Of a DNA stretch of 64,000 bases, positions 26,340 to 39,410 are shown in pieces. Under the pieces are notes generated by a model. That model was not told the origin of the DNA. It worked only from the letters and a program-made list of their open reading frames with translations, and did not search any database. This stretch comes from Gracilinanus agilis. Lineage: Eukaryota. A program made the position numbers and the translations under genes. The stretch's first letter is position 1, and each line of letters starts with the position of its first letter. The stretch covers positions 44,740,241 through 44,804,240 of the forward strand of contig NC_058134.1 of assembly GCF_016433145.1 (NCBI RefSeq). Reading direction: 5' to 3'.

Positions 26340-26890
26340 TGTTTGTATAAACTATGAAAGTTTAAAACTGAATTAAGATTTTTGTGTTAATTATAATGTC
26401 AATTACATTAAATCATCACATAAATGTATAATCGTGTGCTAGTTATACATTATACATGTAATTACAACTATTATAGTCACATAATACATATTAGATATTA
26501 TGCAATGTTATTATACATTACATATTGTATAGTACACAACACGTGATTATACATTATATAATTTGTTGCTTTCAGTAATCACAGTCCTTAAGACTCCACT
26601 TAAGATTCCCAAGAATTCCTTTTAAGTCCATTTGGGTAAAGATATGGTTTGTCATTTTGTTCTCTGGTACATTAGGCAGATGGGGAAACAGGATGAAATA
26701 ACTTGCTCAAGGTCACATTACTAAATGTCTGAGTCTGGATATGAACTGAGGTCTGCCTGACTCTAGGTCCACTGCATTATGTGATACTTTATGTTACTAT
26801 TACACGTTATGCATTACATATTATGCTATTATACGTGTTATTATACATTACGCAGCATACCTTATGTATTATAAAAGGTTATTACACGTA
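26340..26890. repeat. Degenerate AT-rich repeat (ttatacatta / tattacacgt motifs) flanking the CpG island, interrupted by a MIR-like segment
   Basis: Recurrent ttatacatta, tattatac and tacacgt units in 26430-26560 and 26780-26890. Confidence 0.7.
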
Positions 26891-27010
26891 AAGCCCAGCC
26901 TCTACACCTCCCTCCTCCGTAGCTCCCAGGACGCTTCCAGTCCGGGTCAGGTCCGGCTGGCCTCAGTTCCCAGGAAGGGGGGGGTCAGGGTCCCGGACGG
27001 CGCCCACGAT

Positions 27011-27158
27011 NNNNNNNNNNNNNNNNNNNNNNNNNNNNNNNNNNNNNNNNNNNNNNNNNNNNNNNNNNNNNNNNNNNNNNNNNNNNNNNNNNNNNNNNNN
27101 NNNNNNNNNNNNNNNNNNNNNNNNNNNNNNNNNNNNNNNNNNNNNNNNNNNNNNNNNN
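27011..27158. other. Assembly gap (148 N) in KIF15 intron 1 / CpG island
   Basis: Run of N directly visible, with GC-rich flanks. Confidence 0.99.
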
Positions 27159-27166
27159 TCTCTCAC

Positions 27167-27185
27167 CTTTGACACCAGGTGCCAT
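27167..27185 (-). CDS. KIF15: KIF15 coding exon 1 (start codon)
   Basis: ATGGCACCTGGTGTCAAAG|gtgaga, 19 nt, MAPGVK (recalled human N-terminus MAPGCK); lies at the CpG-rich promoter. Confidence 0.92.
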
Positions 27186-27787
<602 letters not shown>

Positions 27788-29052
27788 TAGCAGCCCAGGT
27801 GTCCCGACTCTGAGCGAGTTTAAATCTTGCCCCTGACACAGACTGGGTGACCTTGGGCAAGTCACTTTACCTGTATTTGGCCCGGTTTCCTTGTCTGTAA
27901 AACGGGAACATAATAAATAATACCCTATCCACACCAGAATTGTTACGATCAGAAGAGATCTTATATTCTGTATATCAAATCCTGTAGCTTTGAAAAAGTT
28001 TTAAACTTAAATATTGCTAGGCTGTTGTCATTCTGATTTGCCCTAGGGATGGCTCTAGGTCGTCACCTTTCCAGTTGCAGCTTCTCAACAACAATAATAG
28101 CTGGCATTTTTGTGACACTTTTAAGGTTTGCAAAATACTTGACCATTTTCCATTTGAGGCTCATCACCACTACCATAGGAGATTTATGCTTATTATTTCC
28201 ATTCCGAAGATGTGGAAACTGAGGCTTACTCAGGTCAAGTGACTTTTGTAATAAAGGTCAGAAACTAGATTTAAACTCAAGTCTTTCTGACTCCTGTCCC
28301 ACTGAACCGTTAAGGCTCCTTCTTTATGTGATGGGGGTATGTGGAAGTGAGAGGCAACGATTTAGACCATTTATTTTTTCTGGTGGTGGGATTTCCTTGT
28401 TTGGAAACAGTCTATAGTCACACATACTGGACTTATATTTGATATACTATAGTCTTTCTCAGTCCAAGTTGGGGCTGTAACTTGTTTGATTTTTTGTTTT
28501 GTTTTGTTTTGCTTACAAGCCTGTTGAGCAATACACACACATACCTTCTCCAATAAATGTTTAAAGAAAAATTTAGTTATGAAATCAAGGGACTAAAGTC
28601 CCAGGACAAAAGAGTTAGACTTGTTGGCCTCTAAATCTAAGGTCCTATGAAGTATTTCAATTCATAATATGCTCCATTCTTCTTCAAAGGCTGAAAAATG
28701 GATTTTTATTATTAAAAAATGATTTTTCCCCTTCAGCTTAGGAAGAAAAAATATAATTTTGCAACTGGGTGTGGGGTAATGAAGTCAGGTTATTTGGTTA
28801 CAGGGAATCAATCTTTAAGACCACTGGGTCTCAAATAAGTATAATTTATACCAAAAAGAGTAAAACTCTCCTAACACAAATTTCACATAACCCTTTATTA
28901 ACACAAGACCCTGACATTTAGTATGAGGTAAAAATGGTAAAAAATTAGGTATTTCCTGAGATTTCCTTAAAATACTACCTTAATTTTCTTTAAGGTATGG
29001 AGAGGGTTTGGATCTTGAAGATTAGAATTTAATGAACCATACAGAACCTAGA

Positions 29053-29252
29053 ATTTAAAAAAAAATCCTATATTTTCCACCTTAGAATCAATACTGCATA
29101 TTGGTGCCAAGGTAGAAGAGTGGTAAGGGCTAGGCAATGGGGACTAAGTGACTTGCCCAGGGTCACACAACTAGTAAGTGCCTGAGGTCAGATTTTAACT
29201 CAGGTCTTCCTGATTTTAGACCATTTTTCTATCTACTGTGTCACCCAGCTGC
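29053..29252 (-). mobile_element. SINE1_Mdo-type SINE with a templated 5' junction (see findings)
   Basis: gagtggtaagggctaggcaatggggactaagtgacttgcccagggtcacaca core; head ...cacccagctgc. Confidence 0.88.
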
Positions 29253-29364
29253 AAAATTATATTTTTTCTTCCTAAGCTGAAGGGGAAAAATCATTTTTTA
29301 ATAATAAAAATCCATTTTTCAGCCTTTGAAGAATGGAGCATATTATGAATTGAAACACTTCATA

Positions 29365-29700
29365 AAACAAGAAAAACCATTCTAGGTAAAAACAAGCCTA
29401 ATGAAGACTTGGCTTTAGACTCCCCCGAGCTATGTCATCCAAGAAGCAGCTGTAAACCAAACTGTCAGGAAGAAACAATAATTGGGAAATAGAAGGGCTG
29501 ACAACTTTATTCCATAATGACCTCTTGTCTTCAATCACTATGGAACCACCATCTTTATCCCCATTGTGTCTTATGAGGAAGTAGAAATGCCAATTAGATA
29601 GACTAAAGAGCGGCTGGACATACTGTGGATATCTCTGCAGGAGGTGACAACATCGTGAAAGCACTGAGAGATTGTTTTACTGAAAAGGAAGGGGGAAAGG
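29365..29700 (+). mobile_element. RTE LINE reverse-transcriptase fragment
   Basis: Degraded translation resembles RTE P.VL.EEVEMAI..TK.GKAAG.D......AGGDNIVKALRDCFT (ggaggtgacaacatcgtgaaagcactgagagattgtttt). Confidence 0.65.
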
Positions 29701-31252
29701 CCAAAAGTTTGGGGAAAGAGAATGTAAGCTCATATTAATACCCACTAAAGCCGCTGAGAGAGTATCAGTAGTTATCAACCTGTCCCCCTGATGTCCGATC
29801 CCATTGTCTGTCAGCTAAGAATAGACATAGTACTTTGATGTAATAGCCTCCATATATTTCTTCACCTTTTCATACAACTTTTAATTGTTTCTGAAAGAAA
29901 TGAATAGTTACACAGTCCAAAAGGAGAGCAGGACTAGGAAGTGGCCTGAGCCAGCGGAGCAGATTTTTTGTGGCCTTTTGTTTCCAAATCTCCCCTGTTG
30001 TAGCAATAGCTTTTGATGGTAGAGCTTTAGTGTAGGTTGTTTTCATGATTGGTGTCTCCTCATTCCCTCAAATTTCCTTGATATTTACTTCCATTTGTAC
30101 CTTTGTTTGCCCCTTTAGAATACATGCTTTTTGAGAAATAGGACTGTTACATTTTTGTTTTTATAGCTCCAGTACCTAACATAGGCTTGATACATAGCAG
30201 GAACTTATTAATAAATGCTTGCTGATAAATTTGATTCAAATTCATTATCTTATTGGAGTCTCACAATCATAACAGGAGATAGAACAAATGGTGAACCCAT
30301 TTTACAGATGTGGAGATTACATCCCATAGAAATGATATGACTTTTTGCATCATACTTGGTAGTGAGGACTTGGAGCTTGAATCTGGGACTGATGCCACAG
30401 ATGTTTTTTGGTGTTTTTTTCCCCTTAATTCTTGATTTTTTTAAGCTCTAAAATCATTGTTTTCCTAGTGATGCTATGTGACCAGGAGTCTTAAAACACC
30501 AGAATCTCCGAAGAATCAAATTTGTAAGCAACCCAAGGAGGGGACTGGAGAGATGCACATGGTGCAAATAGGCCACCTCTTTTTCTGCCTGCCTTTTAGG
30601 AAATCTTTCTGGACAATTTTATGATGGAAACCATACCTATAGAGCCATAATATTTAATTAAAATATTAGTAGGACTCATAATCAAAAAACTAATTTTCAA
30701 AGAAATTGGTAGAGTAGCAACTATACAATCTAAGGCTGAAGGCCCCTCTACATTACAAATATGAGATTATTGGCCTATCAGGAGTACAGCTTCATTCTGA
30801 GTTATTTTCCCAGTAGTGTTTTTGTATTAATCTATTCATACAATTCCCACATTTCCTAGTGACCAAAGGCCTAGTTTCTAAGATTGAAAGGAATCTGTCC
30901 CCAGATAGCATCTCAAACCTAATTGACTCACGTGAAGATCTAATAGTCAACTTTGGCATTAGTATCAAAGAACTCTAAACAGTTTACCAACTATTCAACC
31001 ACAAACTGACATAAAACATCTGAGCTAAGCATCATCTCTTTAAATGGTTCACTGTAACATACCCACCCACTGCAGGCTGTTTAGTCATATCCTTGGGTAA
31101 AGACATTTTTCATCACCAAAGGCTAAGGAACAGATGTTCCCCATTAAAAAATACAATTTAAATTGAAATTTTTTCTTTTTTAATAGCCTAAGCACTCTTA
31201 TAGTTACTTCATTTTTATACCTTTTAACTTATAGCTCTTGTATGGTATAGAT

Positions 31253-31449
31253 CAGTGATTCCCAAAGTGGGTGCCACTGCCCCCTGGTGGGTACTGCAGC
31301 GATCCAGAGGGGTGGTGATGGCCACAGGTGCATTTATCTTTCTTATTACTTGCTATTAAAATTTTTTAAAAATTAATTTCCAGGGGAGCTAAATAATATT
31401 TTTTCTGGAAAGGGGGTGTGGTAGGCCAAAAAAAGTTTGGGAACCACTG
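31253..31449. mobile_element. 197-bp hAT (Charlie-group) MITE
   Basis: TIRs CAGTGATTCCCAAA / TTTGGGAACCACTG; perfect 8-bp TSD gtatagat (31245-31252, 31450-31457). Confidence 0.92.
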
Positions 31450-32214
31450 GTATAGATTGTTAGAAATTAGAATCAGTTTATCACAAAGGATAAACTTCTT
31501 CTCTCTCCCCTGCTAACAGTTCATCCAACTTAAAAGAATTAATAAATATCTAATAACAATTGAAGAAAGACACATAAATGTTGAAATTTCAAAGTATTGT
31601 TTTAAAATTTTGTTACATAAACCATCAAGTGAGTATTTTTTTTTGTTTCTATATATCATGACATATAGTGCTGCCTGGCATCTGGAATTTTTATTTATAT
31701 AAAATCATTTAAAATTTAATTAAAGGCCCTGGAACTCTGGGGAATATCCTCGAGATATGTAGATTTTCTCCAGGTTTTAATTAAAAATTCAATAATGTAA
31801 CTGAAGAAATTTGCCAGTTTGCCAGCCAACCAGCAGATGGAGTACAAAATATATTCCACAAAGTATATACTGATAGAACTAATGCTATGAAAATTATTTT
31901 TTATTAAATATATACTAAAAAAGCACAGTTTATGTTGTAGAACTTGGATAATTCAATAGAAAAGACTTTTTTAAGATCTCAGAGCCTAGTAGTATAAATG
32001 ATAGAAAAGCAAGAATATTATTTCAGGCTTCTGAGTTAATCTAGCTTGGTGATAGAGGTTCCCAAATCTGGGATTATAAACTAAGGCATTTTAATAGTGC
32101 CTTCTCCTTTCTTAGGAAATAAGAATTTTGTTTTTAAAATAATTTTTGTTTCATGTGCTGAAAAAAATTATTAGAACATGAGAGTGAATTTAATAGCTAT
32201 TCTTGAGGCTTTTT

Positions 32215-33165
32215 ATTTTTTATTTTTTTTTAAAAAGCATTCAATTAATTAATTAATTAGGAGTATTTTTCCATGGTTACATGATTTATACTCTTTCCCT
32301 CCCGTAGCCAACAAGTAATTCCATTGGGTTTTACATGTATCATTGATCAGGGCCTATTTCTATATTATTAATATTTGCAATAGAGTGATTATTTAGAGTC
32401 TACATCCCCAATCATATCCCTGTTGAGCCATGTGATCAAGCAAACATTTTTCTTCTGGTTTTCTGCTCCCACAGTTCTTTCTTTGGATGTAGATAGCATT
32501 CATTCTCATAAGTCCCTCAGAATTGTCTTGTATCATTGCTTTGCTGATAGTAGAGAAGTCCATTGCATTCGTTTGGGCCATAATGTATCAGTCTCTGTAC
32601 AATGTTCTCCTGGTTCTGCTCCTTTCACTCTGCATCAGTTCCTGGAGGTTGTTCCTGTTTGCTTGGAATTCCTCCAGTTCATAATTCCTTTGAGCACAAT
32701 AGTACTCCATCACCAACAGATGCCACAATTTGTTCAACCATTCCCCAATTGAAGGGCATCCCATCATTTTCCAATTTTTTGCCACCACAAAGTGTGCAGC
32801 TATAAATATTTTTGTACAAATCTTTTTCCTTATTATCTCTTTGGGATACAAACCCAGCAATGGTATGGCTGGATCAAAGGGCAGGTAGTCTTTTAAAGCC
32901 CTTTGGGCATAATTCTAAATTGCCTTCCAGAATGGTTGGATCAATTCACAGTTCCACCAACAATCCATTAGTGTCCCAATTTTGCCACATCCCCTCTAAC
33001 ATTTATTACTTTCCGTTGCTGTCATATTAACCAATTTGCTAGGTGTGAGGTGGTACCTCAGAGTTCTTTTGATTTTCATTTCTCTAATTATAAGATTTAG
33101 AACGCTTTTTTCATGTACTTATTGATAGTTTTGATTTCTTTATCTGAAAATTGTTGAGGCTGCTT
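32215..33165 (-). mobile_element. 5'-truncated L1 (marsupial), ORF2 C-terminus plus 3' UTR
   Basis: ORF track GLYPKEII..KICTKIFIAAHFVVAKNWK..GCPSIGEWLNKLW...MEYY is the L1 ORF2 C-terminal signature; poly-T at left end. Confidence 0.92.
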
Positions 33166-33479
33166 TTTAAAAACCACCATGTTTCATGTTTTTAAGGTAG
33201 AGGAATCTTGGTAAATTATACTCTACATGAAATTCCTCTCTGTACCTTTTCCCTCACCCCCTTTCCATTTCATAATAATGGCCTTAAGAAATAGACTTCC
33301 GAGTGGTGAAAAGACCTGGATGGTGGTGGTATCTTCCTCTTCCACCTTGACTGCTTACAGGGCTTTGATGAGATAGACATCAGTGACTCCATCCCTTCTA
33401 AAGTACCATCAACTCTTGCCACCATCTTCCTTGCCTCTGGTTTCTAAGGTCGTCTAGGCCTTATCACCTACCCTGGAGC

Positions 33480-33740
33480 TTGTAAAGGTTAAATTTTGTG
33501 GTTGGACTTAAATTATATGAAATAACATGGTTGCTGAAATTATTGTATCTCAAGTCAGAAATTTATTTACCAAATTAGAGGGGAAACAATAAAGTAGAGA
33601 AATGTGAGAGAGGTTAGAGAAAATCCTATACTAGTCCTCAGCCAGGAGGGCCAGTAGTGAGTAACTACGAGGCCTCCTCCAAGATGGAAGCTAGTCTCTT
33701 AGGAAAGTAGGAAGGGAGTCAGCCCTTTTCACTCACCCAA
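33480..33740 (-). mobile_element. LTR fragment related to the 40850-44970 LTR family
   Basis: Begins tgtaaaggttaaatttt; reverse complement shares ..gtaaataaa..gacttgagatacaataattt with the 3' ends of those LTRs. Confidence 0.55.
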
Positions 33741-35139
33741 TGAAGTAAGCTCAACTCTTATGCAATTAGAGTGAGTTCTTGAGAGCAAGAAGCTCTTTCT
33801 ATCTGTATTCTCAATGTTTAACACATAATAAGTACTCAATAAAAATCCTTTTCATATTCATCCATTTATTACCAGTTACCATATTTTAGCTTTCCCCTCA
33901 AAAGAACAGAAATAAAAGACATTTGTATTTATGGTAGTCATTCTGAGTAGTTCTCATTCCAGAAAAAAACCTCATTTACTAACTAATTCAACCTGGAGAG
34001 TTAAGAGACTTCCTTTTGGAGAAGTACACTTGGTTCTTTTGTACTCATCAATCAGTGAGCAAGACTGACTCTTCATTCAGTTTAGAAGTATAATTGGTCC
34101 TGTTAACTGGGCATCCCTGTAATTTGTGAGCCAGAGGAGAAAATACAGCATCAGGAGAAATTGTTCTGCAATTAAGGTTATCAACATACCTTATTACACC
34201 TTTTTGTAAACTAATTCAGAAAACCTTCGATATTCCTCAGTGACTGCCTTTGCTGCTGTTTAGAAACTTTTCCTTTTGTTTTTCATGAATAGATGGATTA
34301 AAATTAAAAAAAAATAAACCATAATGTCCAGAACTCAGGTTCATCAATATCCCAAAGGATTTTACTTTAGTTTTTCATTTTACTATTCTGGAGCATTTAT
34401 TCCGTATATAATTTACATGTACCACTAAATCAGGCACTTTTTCATAGCCACTCTAATCAAGATGCCAGCAATGATAGAGAAGGCATACAGATGAATGACA
34501 GCCATGGAATGTGAGAGCTAGAAGGCACCATAAAAATCATCAGTCCCATTGTCATATGTTACAGATGATGAAACTGAGGCCCATGGAGATTAGAGGTTAG
34601 TGATTTGCCCATGGTTACACTGCTAATATATGGCAAATTGATGTGTAACCTGAGGCTTCTGACTTCAAATTGAATGCTTTTTCCATTTTGTCACAAATCA
34701 CAGGAGAAAATAAAGACAAACAATTGGACAAGGATAAATAGTATGTTCTGTAATAGGTCTAGTATATATTACTTCTACTCAGATCCTATTCTAATACCTC
34801 TGGGTAGCATGGGGATCATCCTGGGTTCTCAAAAGATATATAGTGGAGGATAAGGTGGTTGTCTTGGCCAAGATGATCTGAATTTAAATGTTACCCTGGG
34901 TAAGCCACTTAATCTCCTTAAGCCTCAGTTTTTGCATTTATAAAATGGGGATAATAAAAGCACCTACTTATCAGGTTATTGTCAGGATTAAATGAGATAA
35001 CACATGTAAAGTGCATTTATAAATCTTAAAGTACTATATAAATGCTAGTTTTTATTGTAATTATTACCACCAAACTGGAAAGACTTTGCATATAAGCCTG
35101 GTAGCAAGCTAGGCTAATCAGGTTTTCATAGGCTAATTG

Positions 35140-35478
35140 TGAGACCAGCCACATGGTGATGAATTTTTATTAAGCATCTATGGGAAGGCTCCCCCCTTTG
35201 GAATGGGGAAATGAGAACAATTTGTTCTAATGACCATGAAGGTAGCTGAAGCGGGCACAATGGAATGCTTCGAGCTTGATCACACATCAAAGAAACCAAA
35301 ATCTTATATTGCATCCCAGGCCATTGCCAGTCGTCTTGACTTTTGCCTTACTGCTGAACTTCGTTGACTCTGGAGAGAGTGAGAATGATGGCTTTGCACA
35401 GTTCTGCCTCATTTAAATCTAACCCACAAACAAGTCATTATGTGATGTCATTGGTCCTCTTAGAAAATGAAGAATGAA
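35140..35478 (-). mobile_element. MAR1/RTE-associated SINE
   Basis: aatgagaacaatttgttctaatgaccatgaagg...gcatcccaggccattgccagtcgtc...gatgtcattggtcctctt...gaacaac matches the recalled marsupial RTE-mobilised SINE. Confidence 0.65.
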
Positions 35479-36155
35479 CAACAAGCACCTACTATGTGAG
35501 AGACACTGTGCTAAGTGCTGAAAATACAACCAAAGGCGAAAGACAGGCTTTATTGTCAAAGGACCTAGCAGTCTGATGAAAAGACGACTTCCTGTCTAAA
35601 GACCCTCTGCTAAGTGATAAAGGGATTATAATCTTTATTGGTGGAGAGTGTGCCTGGACCAATGAAGTCACAAACTATTGCAGTATTGAAGTTATCATAT
35701 ACAGTACTTTTCAAGAATCAATGCTTAATGGTTAGTGGGAAGTAAGAAAAGAGAGACATGGGGGTTTTTAATGTAGCCAGAGCAAGGTTCAAAAAAGACA
35801 TCTCTTTATTTTGGTTCAGGAGTCTTGAATAGAAGTGGTGGGATCATAAGAATGGTAGAAATGATATATGTTGGTAAACTCTGAGAAAATCATATAAGAA
35901 AGAAATGAACAAATGTCTTTAAAAAACCCAAATGGAGGAATGAAGTAATAGGAGTGAGGCATAGTATATATTTGCCTTCAGGCACTGTGAAATTGATTAT
36001 AAGCACTTTATAAGCACTTATTTACGTAGTAAGATAATATTTATAAGATTATATTATTCTTAGTATGGTTACATTTTCCCTTTATTTTTCAATTTCAAAT
36101 ATGTAGAGTTGATTGAGTTTAGTGATTTGCCTTGTGTTTGGGGATTTTCTTCTAG

Positions 36156-36377
<222 letters not shown>

Positions 36378-36529
36378 TGAAATATTTAGTACTTATCATT
36401 GGGGCTAGCATTTTATTGTGATCCTAAGCCAATTTAGCTGAAAACCTCCTAAAATTTCCCGAAAAAGTAGAAAAATCTAATCTAGTGAAGATTTCTGGAC
36501 ATCATACCACTTGGATAAGTCTTTAAATT

Positions 36530-36900
36530 TTTTTTATTTTCCCCCTCCTACTGGCCCAGTCTTGATATAAACCAAAAAAGAAAACCCTTACAATAATTAT
36601 ATATAGTCAAGCAAAACAAATTCTCACATAGACCATGTCTGGAAATGTATTTTTCATTTTGCATCTTATATGAGTCTGGAAGTTGGTACCATGCTTCATC
36701 AATGACCCCCTAGAATCTTGGTTGGCCATTGTATTGTTTAGAGTTCCTACAGCTTTCAGAGTTGCTTGTCTTTATGGTGTTGTTGTTATTTTATAAATGG
36801 TTCTCCTGGTTCTACTCACCTTATTCTGCATCAGTTCATAAAGGTCTTCCCAGGCTTCTCTGAACCCATCTCTTTGACTATGTTTTACAGCACTTTTCAA
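36530..36900 (-). mobile_element. Old marsupial L1 3' fragment
   Basis: gttctcctggttctactcaccttattctgcatcagttcataaaggtcttccc is the reverse complement of L1 ORF2 end / 3' UTR. Confidence 0.7.
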
Positions 36901-37659
36901 GATGACAGGAGAAATTGAGGGATCCTTCTAGCACTTTAGGTAGACCACTGTGCCCAGTTTTGTGGGGAGATAAGAGGTGCATAGGATGGGCAGTCATAGA
37001 TAGATTGGGATCTATGTTTTTGGAGGGAATATGTACATGGATAAGATCGAAGGTCCATTTAAAAATACTGTTTTAGATGGATTCCTACCTGCTAATAGCA
37101 CCCAAATCAGTATTGGCCCCAATTTTACCTTTCTTCCAATTGCTTTGTTGATAATTCCAGCTTTTTTCCTAGTTCTCATAAGAAGTGTTTTTTTTTTTTA
37201 AACTAACTCTTCCAGAGGCCAGAGAAGGAAGGGAGGGAGACAGTTTGGAGCATATAACTTTGGAAAACTTCTGTGGAAATTTGTTACTAAAATAAAAAAA
37301 AAATTTAATTAAAAAAATAAACTAACTCTTCCTTCTAAAAATAGTCAACCATTAAAAAAGTGTAACCTTTATGCAATCCTCTGTCCAATTCTAATAAGAT
37401 CTTATATTGTGGTTATGCCACAACTTGTAAAATACAAAGTTGACAATGTATATGTTTTAGGGCTCATCTCCCAGAGAGGGCCTAAAAAAAAGGCAAAAAG
37501 ACAGCCCATTCTCTCTACGTGCTCATAGTTTAATCCTATATGATTTTTTTGTTAATGCCCTTTTTTCCGTCTTTATCTTCCTAGAGTCCTTGGTGGCTTT
37601 TTAGCATGGCTTCCTACCCACTTCTACATTTTTTTATTTTAAAGACACTGTACCCACCT

Positions 37660-38570
37660 GGTTCTCCTTCTGTCACCCTGATCATTTCTCTATCAGCTTC
37701 ACTAGCTCATCATTCTCTTCCTATGTTCTCCAAGATTCCATTCTCTTTTCTCCACATTCTTCTTTGATAATTTTATTTTCTACTATGATTTGTAGATGAC
37801 TCCAAAAATCAATTCTACCTAGCCCTGAATTTTTTGCGCTTGAGACCTACATCTCCAGCTGCCTTCAGTATATCTTCACTCAGGTGTCTCATTGTTATTG
37901 CAGATCTAACATGTTCCAAATTAAACTCTTTATCTTCCACCTAAACTGGCCCATTCTAATTATCCTATTTCTCTCTGAGTTTTACCATTCTTCCTGTGTC
38001 CCTGTGTGGGTAACCTTGAACTTATCTCTGACTCTCCTCTCTCTTACTCTAGGTGTCTGGGGATCTGTGTATTATTTACTAGATCCCATCATCATCTTCT
38101 GTATCCACATTATCTTTTGAATTGTCTTCTCATTTTCATTCCCACTGCCACCCTGAGTGCAGATCTTTATCACCTGTGCAGATTATTGGGACAATGTCAA
38201 TGTGGGTCCTCTCAAGTCCATTCTCTTCTTACTCCAGTCTAGCCCATATTCTGCTTGTTACCATAGTAATTGTTCTTCCCATTACTCTTCTCTTCATAAT
38301 CTTCAGTGACTTCCTCTGGCTTATATATTGAAATCTCTTTGCATGGCAGTACATCACAACTTGACCTTACTGAATCTTCTTTGCCTTGGTGCATATGCTT
38401 CCATTCTGCCACTCCAGCCACACTAGATGACTTTATTCCATCATCCTTCCTTCTTGCTTTGACTCTGGCCATTCCCCATGCCTTGAATTCATTCTTTCTC
38501 TGTCTCCTCCCCAAAGACCACCTTATAAATGCCTCTTCTTACAGGAAGCCTTTGACATTCAGGCTTGATT
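37660..38570 (+). mobile_element. L2 LINE fragment
   Basis: gatgactccaaaaatc (ADDSQI-like RT motif), ctaacatgttccaaattaaactc, and L2 3' caggaagcctt. Confidence 0.75.
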
Positions 38571-39129
38571 TCAAGCTTTCCACTCAGGAATTACTTAGTT
38601 AGCAATGAGCATATATGTAGTGCTTTAAGACTTGTAAAGTACCTTATCTCATTGTAAGAAACTGAGGCACAGAGTGACCTTAACTGACCTACTCAGCTAC
38701 AGGATATCCCCAAAGTGTTAATACAGTCTTAAGTTATTGAAGTTTAATCAGCTGTGAGTGTATATGAGTACATAGATGTGTGTGATAGCATGTTTATGTA
38801 CAAAGATATGTACATACCTTTGTATATAGTATGTGTGAGTATATATATGTAAATATAATAATAATAAATATAATATATAAAATATATATGAATGGATGAG
38901 GACTTTTAAAAAAATTGGGATTTCCTTTTAGTCTAGCTAGCTCAGTTGTGTTCTTGGGATCTCTGGACCAGATGGAAACTTGGGCATCCTTAAGGAGACC
39001 GTCACACATTTAGTTGACAGCAAGGGCAGTTTTTAAAAAAAAATATGTCTAACTTCAAACCAAGCCACAAGGCTAAGAGAATAAATTCTGAATGCCTTTG
39101 TTATAAGATCTATCAAAATAAAATGTCAA

Positions 39130-39410
39130 GGGGAAGCTAGGTGGCTCAGAGAATAGGGAATCAGACTTGGACACAGGAGGTCCTGAGTTCAAATGTGATT
39201 TCAGACACTTCCTAGCTATGTGATTCTGGACAAACCACTTAACTCCAGTTGCCAAGCCCTTACTGTATCTTAACTTTCCTGCTAGAGAGCCATCCTTTAA
39301 AGAAGAATGAAAATGGGAAGGATATGGAGAACATCTCCATTGCCTAGTGCTCACCACTCTTTTGCCTTAGAACCAACACACAATATTAATTCTAAAATGG
39401 AAGGTAAGGA
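39130..39410 (+). mobile_element. SINE1_Mdo-type SINE with an internal insertion and duplicated core
   Basis: Core ..cagttgccaagcccttac followed by about 70 bp of unrelated sequence, then ccattgcctagtgctcaccactc..ggaaggtaaggattt. Confidence 0.7.

Noticed and set aside
30540-31140. Possible endogenous viral element (env, bornavirus or filovirus-like)
   Set aside because: Manual translation gave stop density near random and only vague env-like similarity; a tBLASTx search would be needed
32588-32860. ORF-track proteins at 32.4-33.0 kb and 50.6-51.1 kb as genes
   Set aside because: They are L1 ORF2 C-terminal fragments and their antisense frames
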